64,000 bases of DNA from Clostridia bacterium (GTDB taxonomy: Bacteria; Bacillota; Clostridia; UMGS1883). The stretch spans positions 1,140 to 65,139 of the forward strand of contig JAZOSB010000021.1 of NCBI GenBank assembly GCA_045656865.1, given 5' to 3'. The first letter of the stretch is position 1, and each line of letters starts with the position of its first letter. The position numbers and the translations under genes were made by a program. Below, one piece after another: positions 9,998-19,289 of the stretch. The notes beneath the pieces were generated by a model. The model did no database searches. It was not told the DNA's origin and worked only from the letters and a program-made list of their open reading frames with translations.

Positions 9998-10894
9998 TTA
10001 TTGTTTTGCGTTGAGAGCCTGTACTCCTATTACCCCTGTTACTATCATTGTAACTCCCAAAATTGCCAGAGCTGATATTTGTTCGTCAAGAAATACCACA
10101 CCTGCAATCACCGAAACAACGGTAGTAATATTTGAAAACACAGTTGTTTTTGCTACCGGAAGATGTGTATTTGCAAAGTTCAGTAACAAAAATGCTATAA
10201 CAGAGGATACTATTCCAAGATAGAGTATTGCATACAAGTATGACGGTTCAAAGAAACCTGATATAATATTTTCAGGGTTTTGTATGTTTTCAAAAAGTGC
10301 AATCAGCACAAATGACACAACTCCTATTAGAGTCATTGCATATGTACGTTCAAACACTGAAAATTCACCTGATATTTTTCTGCTCGATATATTATAGAAA
10401 GCTGACGACAACACCGCACCAACGAGAAGTAACACCCCTAATCCGCTTACTATTCCCTCTTTTTTACCACTGAGAACGGCTATTACTACTCCTGTCACAG
10501 AAAGCACTGCAAATACATATTGCATAAAAGACGGTCTTTCATTAAGCACAAAGATTCCTGCAATCATAGAAACAATGGGAATCATAGAAATCATAACTCC
10601 AGAAAAAGAGCTGTTTGTAAGCTGTACGCCGTATGTTTCAAAAATGAAATACATCAGCGGTTGAAACAGCGACATAAGAACGAGCTTCCAGATATTTTTC
10701 CCGATTTTAAGCTTTGTTTTTGAAAAAAGCATAACAAGGCTCAGTCCTAAAAATGCAACTATGTAACGGTCTGCTATAACAGTCATAGGAGATGCATTTT
10801 TAAGGGCAATTCCCGTAAACATAAAACTGAATCCAAAGATAACCTGAGCCGCAAGTGCTCCAAGTGTTGCCAATATAACCTTACTGTTTTTCAT
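9998..10894 (-). CDS. DMT/EamA family transporter
   Basis: About 10 hydrophobic helices in two EamA repeats. Start placed at ATG 10894. Confidence 0.88.
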   Translation of the reverse strand: MKNSKVILATLGALAAQVIFGFSFMFTGIALKNASPMTVIADRYIVAFLGLSLVMLFSKTKLKIGKNIWKLVLMSLFQPLMYFIFETYGVQLTNSSFSGVMISMIPIVSMIAGIFVLNERPSFMQYVFAVLSVTGVVIAVLSGKKEGIVSGLGVLLLVGAVLSSAFYNISSRKISGEFSVFERTYAMTLIGVVSFVLIALFENIQNPENIISGFFEPSYLYAILYLGIVSSVIAFLLLNFANTHLPVAKTTVFSNITTVVSVIAGVVFLDEQISALAILGVTMIVTGVIGVQALNAKQ

Positions 10895-10913
10895 AATAAT
10901 CTTCTGCTTCCTT

Positions 10914-11828
10914 TTAAAATATGCTGAGGTCAAGTTTTTCACTGAGCATTTCCAATGCTTTTATTCCAGCTATACTGTTTCCTTTACTGTCAAGTGAAGG
11001 AGAGTAAAGTCCTATTCCCATTTTACCGGGAACAACTGCCATTATTCCGCCACCTACACCGCTTTTTGCAGGAACACCTACATTTACGGCAAATTCACCC
11101 GAGCCGTCATACATACCGCAAGTCATCATAACGGCGTTTATATATTTGGCATATTTGGCACTGCAGATTTTTTCACCTGTTTTAGGGTTTGTTCCCCTGT
11201 TCGAAAGGACAAAAGCAATGTTCGCCAAATCCTTACTGCTCGCCTTTACAGAACAGGCCTTGAAATAACAGTCTAAAACATCCTCAACTTTATCGTCAAG
11301 CATACCGTACGCCTTAAGCATATATGCAAGAGCACGGTTTTTATTTCCCGTCAGTTTTTCAGAAAGGTAGACATCATCATCTGCTTCAAGATTGGAGTTA
11401 TCCGCCATTTTACGAGCAAGGTTAAGAAGCCTGTCAAACTTCTTTTCGTAGCTCTCCCCTTTTATTAGTGAGCAAAGGGCAATTGCTCCCGTATTTATCA
11501 TAGGGTTGATATGCTCATTTTTAAGTGCCTGGTCACTGTAATTAAATGCATCAAAAGGTTTTCCCGTGGATTCAGCACCTACAAGAGAACGCACCCTCTC
11601 TTCCCCGTTATCCATTAATGCCAGCAGCAGAATAATCGGTTTTATCACACTTTGCATTGTGAAACGCTTTTCATAATCACCGGCAGAGTACACATCATTA
11701 TCGGTCATTACACAGATACCGAATTTGCTCACATCAGCTTTCGCAAGTTCAGGGATATAGTTTGCAACTTTGCCAAGCTCTGTATATTTACAGCACTTGT
11801 TTAAAACGTCATTAATTATTGCCTGCAT
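10914..11828 (-). CDS. glsA: Glutaminase A
   Basis: VANYIPELA, catalytic QSVIK (SxxK), NPMINTGAI, CGMYDGSGEF and PAKSGVGGG motifs. Confidence 0.95.
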   Translation of the reverse strand: MQAIINDVLNKCCKYTELGKVANYIPELAKADVSKFGICVMTDNDVYSAGDYEKRFTMQSVIKPIILLLALMDNGEERVRSLVGAESTGKPFDAFNYSDQALKNEHINPMINTGAIALCSLIKGESYEKKFDRLLNLARKMADNSNLEADDDVYLSEKLTGNKNRALAYMLKAYGMLDDKVEDVLDCYFKACSVKASSKDLANIAFVLSNRGTNPKTGEKICSAKYAKYINAVMMTCGMYDGSGEFAVNVGVPAKSGVGGGIMAVVPGKMGIGLYSPSLDSKGNSIAGIKALEMLSEKLDLSIF

Positions 11829-11881
11829 TATCTTCTCCTCCCGCATTTCACTAATTGAAATCTATAATTGGCTTGCTTTTA

Positions 11882-12239
11882 TTATAAATCCACACCTGAA
11901 AATTTCTTTGCAAGAATACCTACAAAGAAGGATACGACTGCAACACCAACACTTATTAATGTCATTTCCAAAAATCTGGGGTTAAATCTTTCTCCCTTGG
12001 CAACTGAAATATAATATGTAAAACCTGCAATTATGAGAACAACTAATGCAATCATGACAAAAGTGCCGTCATATACTGACTGTTACCTAAAAGAAGATAG
12101 GGTAAAATCAAGAGTGCAATTGTTATAAGGTATGCAACACCCGTATAGGAGCAGGACTTAAAGGCATCACTCCTGCCCTCACTTTTTACTGCATTTTTTT
12201 AATTATTCCCAATGCCTTGGGTAATAATGCCTGCGTCAT
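11882..12239 (-). pseudogene. VIT1/CCC1 (rubrerythrin-fused type) family remnant with large internal deletion, stop codon and frameshift
   Basis: GAGGT RBS, then ATG 12239 MTQALLPKALGIIKKMQ*. This is followed out of frame by KSEGRSDAFKSCSYTGVAYLITIALLILPYLLL and, after a 1-nt shift near 12060, FVMIALVVLIIAGFTYYISVAKGERFNPRFLEMTLISVGVAVVSFFVGILAKKFSGVDL*. The family call is from my recollection of such termini. Confidence 0.65.
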
Positions 12240-12280
12240 TTGTACAACCTCGTATTTAATTTAGCTTCAGTAACACACCT

Positions 12281-12322
12281 AGAAAAATGGCAATTTCTTT
12301 TTCAGGAATTGCCATTTTTTCT
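12281..12322. terminator. Bidirectional terminator-like hairpin; near-identical to the hairpin at 58886-58926
   Basis: AAAAATGGCAATTTCT-TTTTC-AGGAATTGCCATTTTT. Confidence 0.75.
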
Positions 12323-12502
12323 CTATATTTATTCAAAAGCACCTTGCTTTATAATACTTTTCATTGTAGTTGAAATAGAAAGTGCCATCATTCAAAAGTT
12401 CTGTACACTCGCTTACAAAAAACTGGTATTCCCAATTTATAACGGTGTTTTGACCGATATATTTTTTGAATGTACGCAAAAATGGTAATATTAACTATTT
12501 TT

Positions 12503-12531
12503 ATTTTAAAACAGATAGTTTTTATTGTCAA
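12503..12531 (-). promoter_or_regulatory. Sigma-A promoter pointing toward the VIT1/CCC1 remnant
   Basis: TTGACA-17 bp-TAAAAT on the minus strand. Confidence 0.6.
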
Positions 12532-12583
12532 TAAAATTATAGTCACTTTTTTCAACAACATAATTAACACTTTGCCGTACTTG

Positions 12584-12612
12584 TTGACAAAAATCTTTGA
12601 TTATGCTATAAT
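12584..12612 (+). promoter_or_regulatory. Sigma-A promoter of the GT2 operon
   Basis: Perfect TTGACA-17 bp-TATAAT with an extended -10 TG. Confidence 0.85.
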
Positions 12613-12649
12613 TCCCGTTGGAAATTTAGTTTTTTACGGAGGGGATGAC

Positions 12650-14167
12650 TTGGACTTTTTCGACAATATTTTAAAGGCTGTCGGAAGTTTATTTACCGGC
12701 GGACAGACCTTCTATGATATAGCTTTATTCATTATATCGATATTTTTAATACATCACGCAGCCTATACCTTGATAGGTGTTTTTTTTACAAGAAAATTCG
12801 CACCTGCAAAAAATTGTCATAAATACGCAATTCTGATACCTGCAAGGAACGAAAGCGGAGTTATAGGGAACTTAATTGACAGTATTCATTATCAGGATTA
12901 TCCCAAAGATTACCTTACTGTATTTGTGGTTGCAGATAACTGTACCGATAATACTGCCCAGATTGCACGCAAAAAAGGTGCAATCTGCTATGAAAGGCAG
13001 AATCAAAACGAGAGAACTAAAGGGTTTGCTCTGCGTTATCTCTTTCAACAGATTGAAAAGGATTATGGGATAGATTCTTTTGAGGGGTATTTCATTTTTG
13101 ACTCCGATAATCTTTTAAACAAGGATTACATTTCGAGGATGAATGATGCGTTTGACTCAGGGCTTAAAATCATTACTTCTTACCGAAACACCAAAAACTT
13201 TGACGAAAACTGGATTGCATCTACATATGCCATTCACTGGCTTCGTTCCATCCGTTTAAATCACAGAGCACGTTCTGTACTGAGACTGGCTACAAACATT
13301 CAGGGAACGGGGTTCTTATTTGCCAACGAGCTTGTTAAAGACGGTTGGAAATACACCTCCCTTACAGAGGACCGTGCTTTCACGGCAGATGCAGTTGCTC
13401 ACGGGTATCAGATATCCTATAACGATGCTGCAATGTTCTATGATGAACAGCCTACCAGTATCAAGGTTGCGTTAAGACAGAGGCTTCGTTGGTCAAAGGG
13501 ACATCTTCTTGCATTTTTAGAAACCGGCTGGTCATTATTCAAGAATATCTTTGTAGGAAACTGTTACAGGGATAAAAGCGTAAAACGGGATTGGAGTATT
13601 GAAAGATTTATAGAGGGTATCCGCTGCCGCTGGGCATCATTTGATACATTGGCTCAGCTTGTCCCGAAAAATGTGATTACACTTTTTGCGTGGATAATTT
13701 CCGCAGTGATTATTCAGGCATGCTACGGATATGCAAACGGAGTCAATGCTGAAACAATAAACAGCGCAATCCTCAATCTCCCCTTTTCCCCGATGTTACT
13801 CTTTAAAAATATTGATATTGCTCCGGGATATACAGCATTGTTTGCAATGATGGGAATTACACTTTTATGTAATATAATACGAAGAATCACCGTGCATATG
13901 GGAAATACATTTTATGCAGTATATGTCCTTGTTGCAGAACGCAGGAAAATTATAAAAATGCCACTCAGGAAGAAAATACTCTATACACTTACCTGGTTTG
14001 TATTTGATGCAATCGGCCGCTGGACTATGTATGCAGCATTGTTTATGAGGGTTGAGTGGAAGCCTATTCCCCACACAAGCACACTTACTATTAACGATAT
14101 TGATACTGAAATTGAACATAACATAGACCGAAATATTGTAGATACTGACGATTTGAAACACAAATAA
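12650..14167 (+). CDS. Membrane GT2 glycosyltransferase (processive, CesA/IcaA-like motifs)
   Basis: IPARNE, ADNCTD, KG, DSDN (DxD), TED and QRLRW motifs, with N- and C-terminal TM segments. Start placed at TTG 12650, downstream of GGAGG. Confidence 0.88.
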   Translation: MDFFDNILKAVGSLFTGGQTFYDIALFIISIFLIHHAAYTLIGVFFTRKFAPAKNCHKYAILIPARNESGVIGNLIDSIHYQDYPKDYLTVFVVADNCTDNTAQIARKKGAICYERQNQNERTKGFALRYLFQQIEKDYGIDSFEGYFIFDSDNLLNKDYISRMNDAFDSGLKIITSYRNTKNFDENWIASTYAIHWLRSIRLNHRARSVLRLATNIQGTGFLFANELVKDGWKYTSLTEDRAFTADAVAHGYQISYNDAAMFYDEQPTSIKVALRQRLRWSKGHLLAFLETGWSLFKNIFVGNCYRDKSVKRDWSIERFIEGIRCRWASFDTLAQLVPKNVITLFAWIISAVIIQACYGYANGVNAETINSAILNLPFSPMLLFKNIDIAPGYTALFAMMGITLLCNIIRRITVHMGNTFYAVYVLVAERRKIIKMPLRKKILYTLTWFVFDAIGRWTMYAALFMRVEWKPIPHTSTLTINDIDTEIEHNIDRNIVDTDDLKHK

Positions 14168-14187
14168 TTTAAGGAGAGAGATGCAAT

Positions 14188-16008
14188 TTGAAAAAGATAG
14201 CAAAGTTATTCTCCACAAATAAAATATCAAAAAAAAGCAAGGCAAGATTATTTCTTGCCTTGCCGTTTATACTGATGGACATTTTCATACGTATACTGTC
14301 ATTTAATGTACATTACATAATACCTGCTATGATTGCCCCCTCTCTGATTTTTTCAGCGGGGTGGATAATTATTATAGTTTCTTTGACAGAATGCATTGGG
14401 AAAAATGCAGGAAAGTTTTTTTACGGAATATGTTTTCTGCTGTTTTTTGCAGTAACATTTATTCAAGCGGTATATTATACATATACCAAAACATTTCTGT
14501 CGGTTACAAGCGGTGATTATTTAAAAAATTCTCTTTTAAATACACATCCCGTTATAATTGCACTGAGTATTTTCCTGATTGGAGTTACAGTTTTTATTTA
14601 TTTAAGATTTCCAAAGGATTTTTGTAAATTCAACTTTAAAAAAATATTGTGTCCTGTTATTATTTTTGTTCTGATTCAGTTCTTAAATCCGCTTCTTTTT
14701 GGAACAGCAAATAAAACCCGCGCATGGGATAGATGGAGAAATCCAAGAAATGTATACGAGAATTTCAACGACTACAATAAGTGTATAAAAGTATGCGGAT
14801 TGTATCAGTACACTTTCCGTGACATTGTTAAGAGTTTTGAAGCACGTGAAATTCAGCAAAACCCTGAGGAAATGGCCTTCCTTAAGGAAATTCATAAAAA
14901 AGCTATTCCCCACGGAGATAATGGTTTTACAGGGATTTTTGAAAACAGGAATGTGATTTTTCTGCAGTTTGAGGGAATTGACAGTTGGCTTTTAAACCCT
15001 CAAGATATGCCCGAAACCTATGCACTTTTAAAAAATTCGATTAACTTTACCAACCATTATTCATATTACAGTGACAGCGGTTCTACATTTAATTCTGAAT
15101 TTGCTGTAACAACAGGGTATTTGACCCCCGTTTCGTACAACAAATGTGCATATGAACTATTTATAAACAGTTTTCCTTATTCGCTTCCCAAACGTTTAAA
15201 AGAAAAAGGTTATTCTGTAAATGCATTTCATATGAACAGTGGAGAATATTACTGCCGGAGATTAAATTATAAGAATTGGGGCTATGACAACTATTTCAGC
15301 CTTATGGATGATGAAAAGCAATTTAGCGGAGCCTCAAATTTAGACAGTGAGCTTATTCTTAACAAGTCATTTTATAGTAAAATGTTCTGTCAGAACATCC
15401 CGTTTATGAACTATATCATTACATATACTCCCCACACTCCGTTTTCAATATCATCTGCAACAGGAAAGGCTTTATGGGAAAGCAGAAACGGTAACAGTTC
15501 ATATCCGTCACTTTCTGAAGAGGAGGTTGCACGACTCTTTGCCTCCGAAACTGACAATATGGTAAAGCTTCTGGTTGAAGCGTTGAAAGAAAACGGTCTA
15601 TATGAAAACACAATAATTGTTGCTTTTACAGACCACTATTTATACACGCTTAAAGACCAAAGTATTCTTGAAAAATACAAAAACACAAATAATAACCTTA
15701 TAAACCATACCCCGTTTTTTATATGGAGTTACGATATGGAGCCGTTTGAGGTCAGCAAGGTTAATTCACAGCTTGACATACTGCCTACTATCCTTAATTT
15801 ACTTGGTATTAATTACAACGAAAATGATTACATTGGAAACGACATTTTTGATGATAAATTCAGCGGTTATGTGTTCTTTAATGACTACTCATGGTATGAT
15901 GGAAATGTATATGCTGAAAAAGGAACACAGGATGAATCAATGAACGAGCTAGTTAACCTGAAAATCAAACATAATGACCTGACACTGAAGAACGATTATT
16001 ACAAATAA
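14188..16008 (+). CDS. LTA synthase family / sulfatase-like membrane phosphotransferase
   Basis: Five N-terminal TM helices, then NVIFLQFEG, GSTFNSEF (catalytic Thr position), AFHMN, TDH and SQLDILPTILNLLG. Confidence 0.85.
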   Translation: MKKIAKLFSTNKISKKSKARLFLALPFILMDIFIRILSFNVHYIIPAMIAPSLIFSAGWIIIIVSLTECIGKNAGKFFYGICFLLFFAVTFIQAVYYTYTKTFLSVTSGDYLKNSLLNTHPVIIALSIFLIGVTVFIYLRFPKDFCKFNFKKILCPVIIFVLIQFLNPLLFGTANKTRAWDRWRNPRNVYENFNDYNKCIKVCGLYQYTFRDIVKSFEAREIQQNPEEMAFLKEIHKKAIPHGDNGFTGIFENRNVIFLQFEGIDSWLLNPQDMPETYALLKNSINFTNHYSYYSDSGSTFNSEFAVTTGYLTPVSYNKCAYELFINSFPYSLPKRLKEKGYSVNAFHMNSGEYYCRRLNYKNWGYDNYFSLMDDEKQFSGASNLDSELILNKSFYSKMFCQNIPFMNYIITYTPHTPFSISSATGKALWESRNGNSSYPSLSEEEVARLFASETDNMVKLLVEALKENGLYENTIIVAFTDHYLYTLKDQSILEKYKNTNNNLINHTPFFIWSYDMEPFEVSKVNSQLDILPTILNLLGINYNENDYIGNDIFDDKFSGYVFFNDYSWYDGNVYAEKGTQDESMNELVNLKIKHNDLTLKNDYYK

Positions 16009-16041
16009 AAGATGCACCTACACGAATGTGGGTGCATCTTT
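16008..16041. terminator. Bidirectional terminator between convergent genes
   Basis: AAAGATGCACC...GGTGCATCTTT. Confidence 0.75.
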
Positions 16042-16044
16042 CGT

Positions 16045-16620
16045 TTAACCGATAAATTTTGAAAGTACTTCCGTTATGGCATTGTCACGGTACATAAGAA
16101 CAGCTATCAGCGATGAATCAAGATGCTCTTTAACGATTAAAATAACATTATTGTCGTTTAATGCGGCTAATACACCGATTAATGTGTAGCTTATTAATAT
16201 ACCGCTTAATAATCCGACAATCATTCCAAGCAATGCATTAGCCTGTTTGATAACAGGAAGTTTTGTAATTATATTAAGAGATTTTATCAGCAAAGTAAGT
16301 ACAAATTTAGTAAGAATAATAACTACAATAAAGCTTATAACATTCACAACTACAACAGAAGATGCCTCTGCGGTTTTTTCCATGATGCCCAATCCGAAAT
16401 CAACTTGTTCATTCTTTGAAATCACACCAAGGATAATCTCCGATATTGCTTTCCCTACGCCAAGCTTATGTAATAAATCGCTGACAACGGGATATGCCAG
16501 CAAAGTCAGTGCAAGTGATATAAGCGTTGATGCAAGCCCTACAATTGTTTTTATAAAGCCTCTTTTCAGCCCAGTGAAGGCAAAAAGTGCAATAAAACAA
16601 ATTAAAATTAAATCTGCCAT
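16045..16620 (-). CDS. CvpA (colicin V production) family membrane protein
   Basis: D+ILI...G.KRGFIK pattern and N.LLG...G motif, with 4 TM helices. Confidence 0.85.
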   Translation of the reverse strand: MADLILICFIALFAFTGLKRGFIKTIVGLASTLISLALTLLAYPVVSDLLHKLGVGKAISEIILGVISKNEQVDFGLGIMEKTAEASSVVVVNVISFIVVIILTKFVLTLLIKSLNIITKLPVIKQANALLGMIVGLLSGILISYTLIGVLAALNDNNVILIVKEHLDSSLIAVLMYRDNAITEVLSKFIG

Positions 16621-16636
16621 AGTTTCTTCTCCTGAC

Positions 16637-17761
16637 TTACTTCAAAATTTCACCTTTGGAAGAACCAAGTACAAACACATTACTGTCGTTCTGGAAAAAC
16701 TTTATCTTCTTTATACTGTAATCTGTTTTAATAACTTTCTTTTCCTCTATTTTTGGGGTTACAACAAAAACTTTTTTATCTGTCGCTATCGCTATACAGT
16801 TCTTTCCTGCAGAAATATCATCAATGATTCCATCATAGGTTTTTTGTCCCAATACCTGACCCAATCTGTTGAGTACAATCACCTCTGCCGAATTACCGTC
16901 AATTAATTCTCCTCTGTCTGAAAAAACAAGGGCTATCGCATCATAGTTTGTTATATCGGCATCAGAAAGTTTCTTATCACCGTATTCATAAGACCACTTT
17001 TCTGTGCCGTCGGTATTGAAGAACTTCAGATTTTTGTTTCCCAAAGCTGCATATGTACCGTTATGGTAAAATTCTACAGAGAAAAATACAGATGATTCAT
17101 AAGTATTTTTTTGAATAATATTTGCATTGGTGATATTTATGTGCACTATCTCGCCAATAAGCTTATTATCCCCCGATGAAGCAAGGGACAGCACTATGGC
17201 ATCATTATTGGGATTAACATCACCGTCAATAAATTCACTCTTACTTACATCCCATTTAAAGATAGGCTCTCCGCTGCGGTTATAAACCATACACTCGCAG
17301 TTATACCCGTCTTTCTCGGTTGTAACAAACAAATATCCGTTTTTATTTACCTTTGCCATTATAATCTTATTATCTGTTTTTATCCGATATGCTTCATTAT
17401 TTTCATTAAACACAACAGCATCAAAGGTATTTAAGTCATAACACGCTGCATATTTGCCCTCGGTATACATTACGGGTTTTGTAAATGCAACATCCAAAGA
17501 CTCAACTTCCCCGTTTTGGTCGCTTATTGAGTATGAAGTTGTAGTAAGGAGGGCTACCTTATCATCAATTTTCCCTAAAATCCCCTCAGAATATCCTGAG
17601 GAAGAATCCTGATTTGAAGATATTATCGTACTGCTTTCATCACGGCCGAACTTAAATATATCCCTGTCTCTGTTCTGATAGAATACAATAATAAACAACG
17701 CCGTTATAACAATTACCGTTAAACTGTTTTTCAGAATTTTAAGTATTTTTTCTTTATTCAT
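16637..17761 (-). CDS. Membrane-anchored beta-propeller-like protein (DUF5711-like)
   Basis: One N-terminal TM helix followed by a beta-rich repeat region. The truA-DUF5711-cvpA order is recalled from Clostridia. Confidence 0.6.
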   Translation of the reverse strand: MNKEKILKILKNSLTVIVITALFIIVFYQNRDRDIFKFGRDESSTIISSNQDSSSGYSEGILGKIDDKVALLTTTSYSISDQNGEVESLDVAFTKPVMYTEGKYAACYDLNTFDAVVFNENNEAYRIKTDNKIIMAKVNKNGYLFVTTEKDGYNCECMVYNRSGEPIFKWDVSKSEFIDGDVNPNNDAIVLSLASSGDNKLIGEIVHINITNANIIQKNTYESSVFFSVEFYHNGTYAALGNKNLKFFNTDGTEKWSYEYGDKKLSDADITNYDAIALVFSDRGELIDGNSAEVIVLNRLGQVLGQKTYDGIIDDISAGKNCIAIATDKKVFVVTPKIEEKKVIKTDYSIKKIKFFQNDSNVFVLGSSKGEILK

Positions 17762-18488
17762 AATTGACCTCCACAAGGGAAAGCCCCTCAGGGGGAGCTG
17801 TTATTCCCATCAGTCTTCTGTCTTTTTTCGCAATAAGGGATTTTATATCATTTTCAGACAGTTTTCCGTTACCTACATATACCAAAGTGCCTACAATAAT
17901 ACGAACCATATTATAGAGAAATCCGTCTGCCTTAGCCCGTACAGTTATAATATCACCGTCTGCCCTTACGGTAAGCTCCATAAGATTTCTTACTGTTGTT
18001 TTCGCAGAGCTTCCTGCCGCACAAAATGATGCAAAATCGTGCTTGCCCTGTATTATTGAAGCTGCCTTTTTCATTTTCTCTATATCAAGCTTCACGGGGT
18101 AATGCCACGCAAAGTTTCTCAAGAGAGGATCGGCAAATGGTCGGTTAACAATTACATACTCATATGCCTTTGAAACAGTTCCAAAACGGGCATTGAAATC
18201 TTCTCTCTCGGCCTCACATTTATATACGCGTATATCCGGAGGAAGCATTGTATTTAAAACAAACGGCATTTTGTCTGCAGGAATTGTAGTTTCTCCCGAA
18301 AAACAGCAAACATAGGTTTTCGCGTGTACACCTGCGTCTGTCCTCGAACAACCGGTTATAACGGTTTCCCTGCCGAAAACTTCACTTAATCGGTCTTCGA
18401 TAACTTCCTGAATTGTTATTCCGTTTTTTTGTCTTTGCCAGCCGTGATAGTTTGTACCGTCATAGGCCAGTGTCATTTTGTAAGTCAA
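17754..18488 (-). CDS. truA: tRNA pseudouridine(38-40) synthase
   Basis: YDGTNYHGWQ, SRTDAGVHA, FLYNMVR and APPEGL motifs. Confidence 0.96.
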   Translation of the reverse strand: MTYKMTLAYDGTNYHGWQRQKNGITIQEVIEDRLSEVFGRETVITGCSRTDAGVHAKTYVCCFSGETTIPADKMPFVLNTMLPPDIRVYKCEAEREDFNARFGTVSKAYEYVIVNRPFADPLLRNFAWHYPVKLDIEKMKKAASIIQGKHDFASFCAAGSSAKTTVRNLMELTVRADGDIITVRAKADGFLYNMVRIIVGTLVYVGNGKLSENDIKSLIAKKDRRLMGITAPPEGLSLVEVNYE

Positions 18489-19289
18489 TCAGAGCACAAC
18501 CTTTATAATTACAAGTAAAATAGTAAAAGCAATTGCCCATATCAAGGCATATAAATCGTATTTTCCAAACTTAAACTGACGATAGCTTGTCCGCTTAGAG
18601 TCTGCATTGTAGCACCTGCACTCCATTGCCACAGCCAAATCATCAGCACGCCTGAATGCACTTACAAACAGCGGAATAAGTATCGGAATCATAGCTTTGA
18701 TTCTTTTTAGCGGGTTTTTGTTTTCAAAATCCGCACCGCGTGATGTCTGTGCCTTGATTATTTTATCGGTTTCGTCTATTAGAGTGGGAATGAATCTAAG
18801 GGCAATGCTTATCATCATTACAAATACGGAAATAGGTATTCCGATTTTTTTCAGCGGTGCAAGGAGAAGTTCCAGTCCGCCTGTCATAACCGTAGGTGTC
18901 GTTGTAAGAGTAAGCACAGATGAACCAATAATAAGAAGAATTATTCTTACCGCCATTTTGGAAGCCATAAATATTCCCTCTTTTGTTATTTTAAGGAAAC
19001 CGTATCTAAGCATTTCTTCCCCGGGGGTCATAAAAAGATTCAAAAGTGCAGTTATTATAACAAGTAACAGAATCGGTTTAAGTCCCTTTAACATAAATTT
19101 TAACGGAATATTTGAAAGGGAAATTATGAGTGCTGTCAGAAGCAGTATTGCGGTGTAGGCATATATCCCGTCTACTAAAAACAATGTCACCATATAAAAT
19201 ACCGTAAAAAGTATTTTAGTCCTCGGGTCCATTTTGTGAATCGGGGACTCTGTATCGTAATACTGTCCAAGTGTTATATCACGAATCAT
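18489..19289 (-). CDS. ecfT: ECF transporter transmembrane component T
   Basis: GQY, HKMDPRTK, ALRFIP, AQTSRG and AMECRCY motifs. Confidence 0.94.
   Translation of the reverse strand: MIRDITLGQYYDTESPIHKMDPRTKILFTVFYMVTLFLVDGIYAYTAILLLTALIISLSNIPLKFMLKGLKPILLLVIITALLNLFMTPGEEMLRYGFLKITKEGIFMASKMAVRIILLIIGSSVLTLTTTPTVMTGGLELLLAPLKKIGIPISVFVMMISIALRFIPTLIDETDKIIKAQTSRGADFENKNPLKRIKAMIPILIPLFVSAFRRADDLAVAMECRCYNADSKRTSYRQFKFGKYDLYALIWAIAFTILLVIIKVVL

Noticed and set aside
12340-12400. Fluoride-riboswitch-like GAUGGCAC...GUGC pairing on the minus strand
   Set aside because: It lacks the GCUGAUG/AAUGA and UAC signature and a convincing P1. Kept only as an unassigned leader.
12470-12649. N-terminal extension of the GT2 ORF in the ORF track
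   Set aside because: It overlaps two promoters. The RBS GGAGG with TTG at 12650 lies downstream of the consensus promoter.
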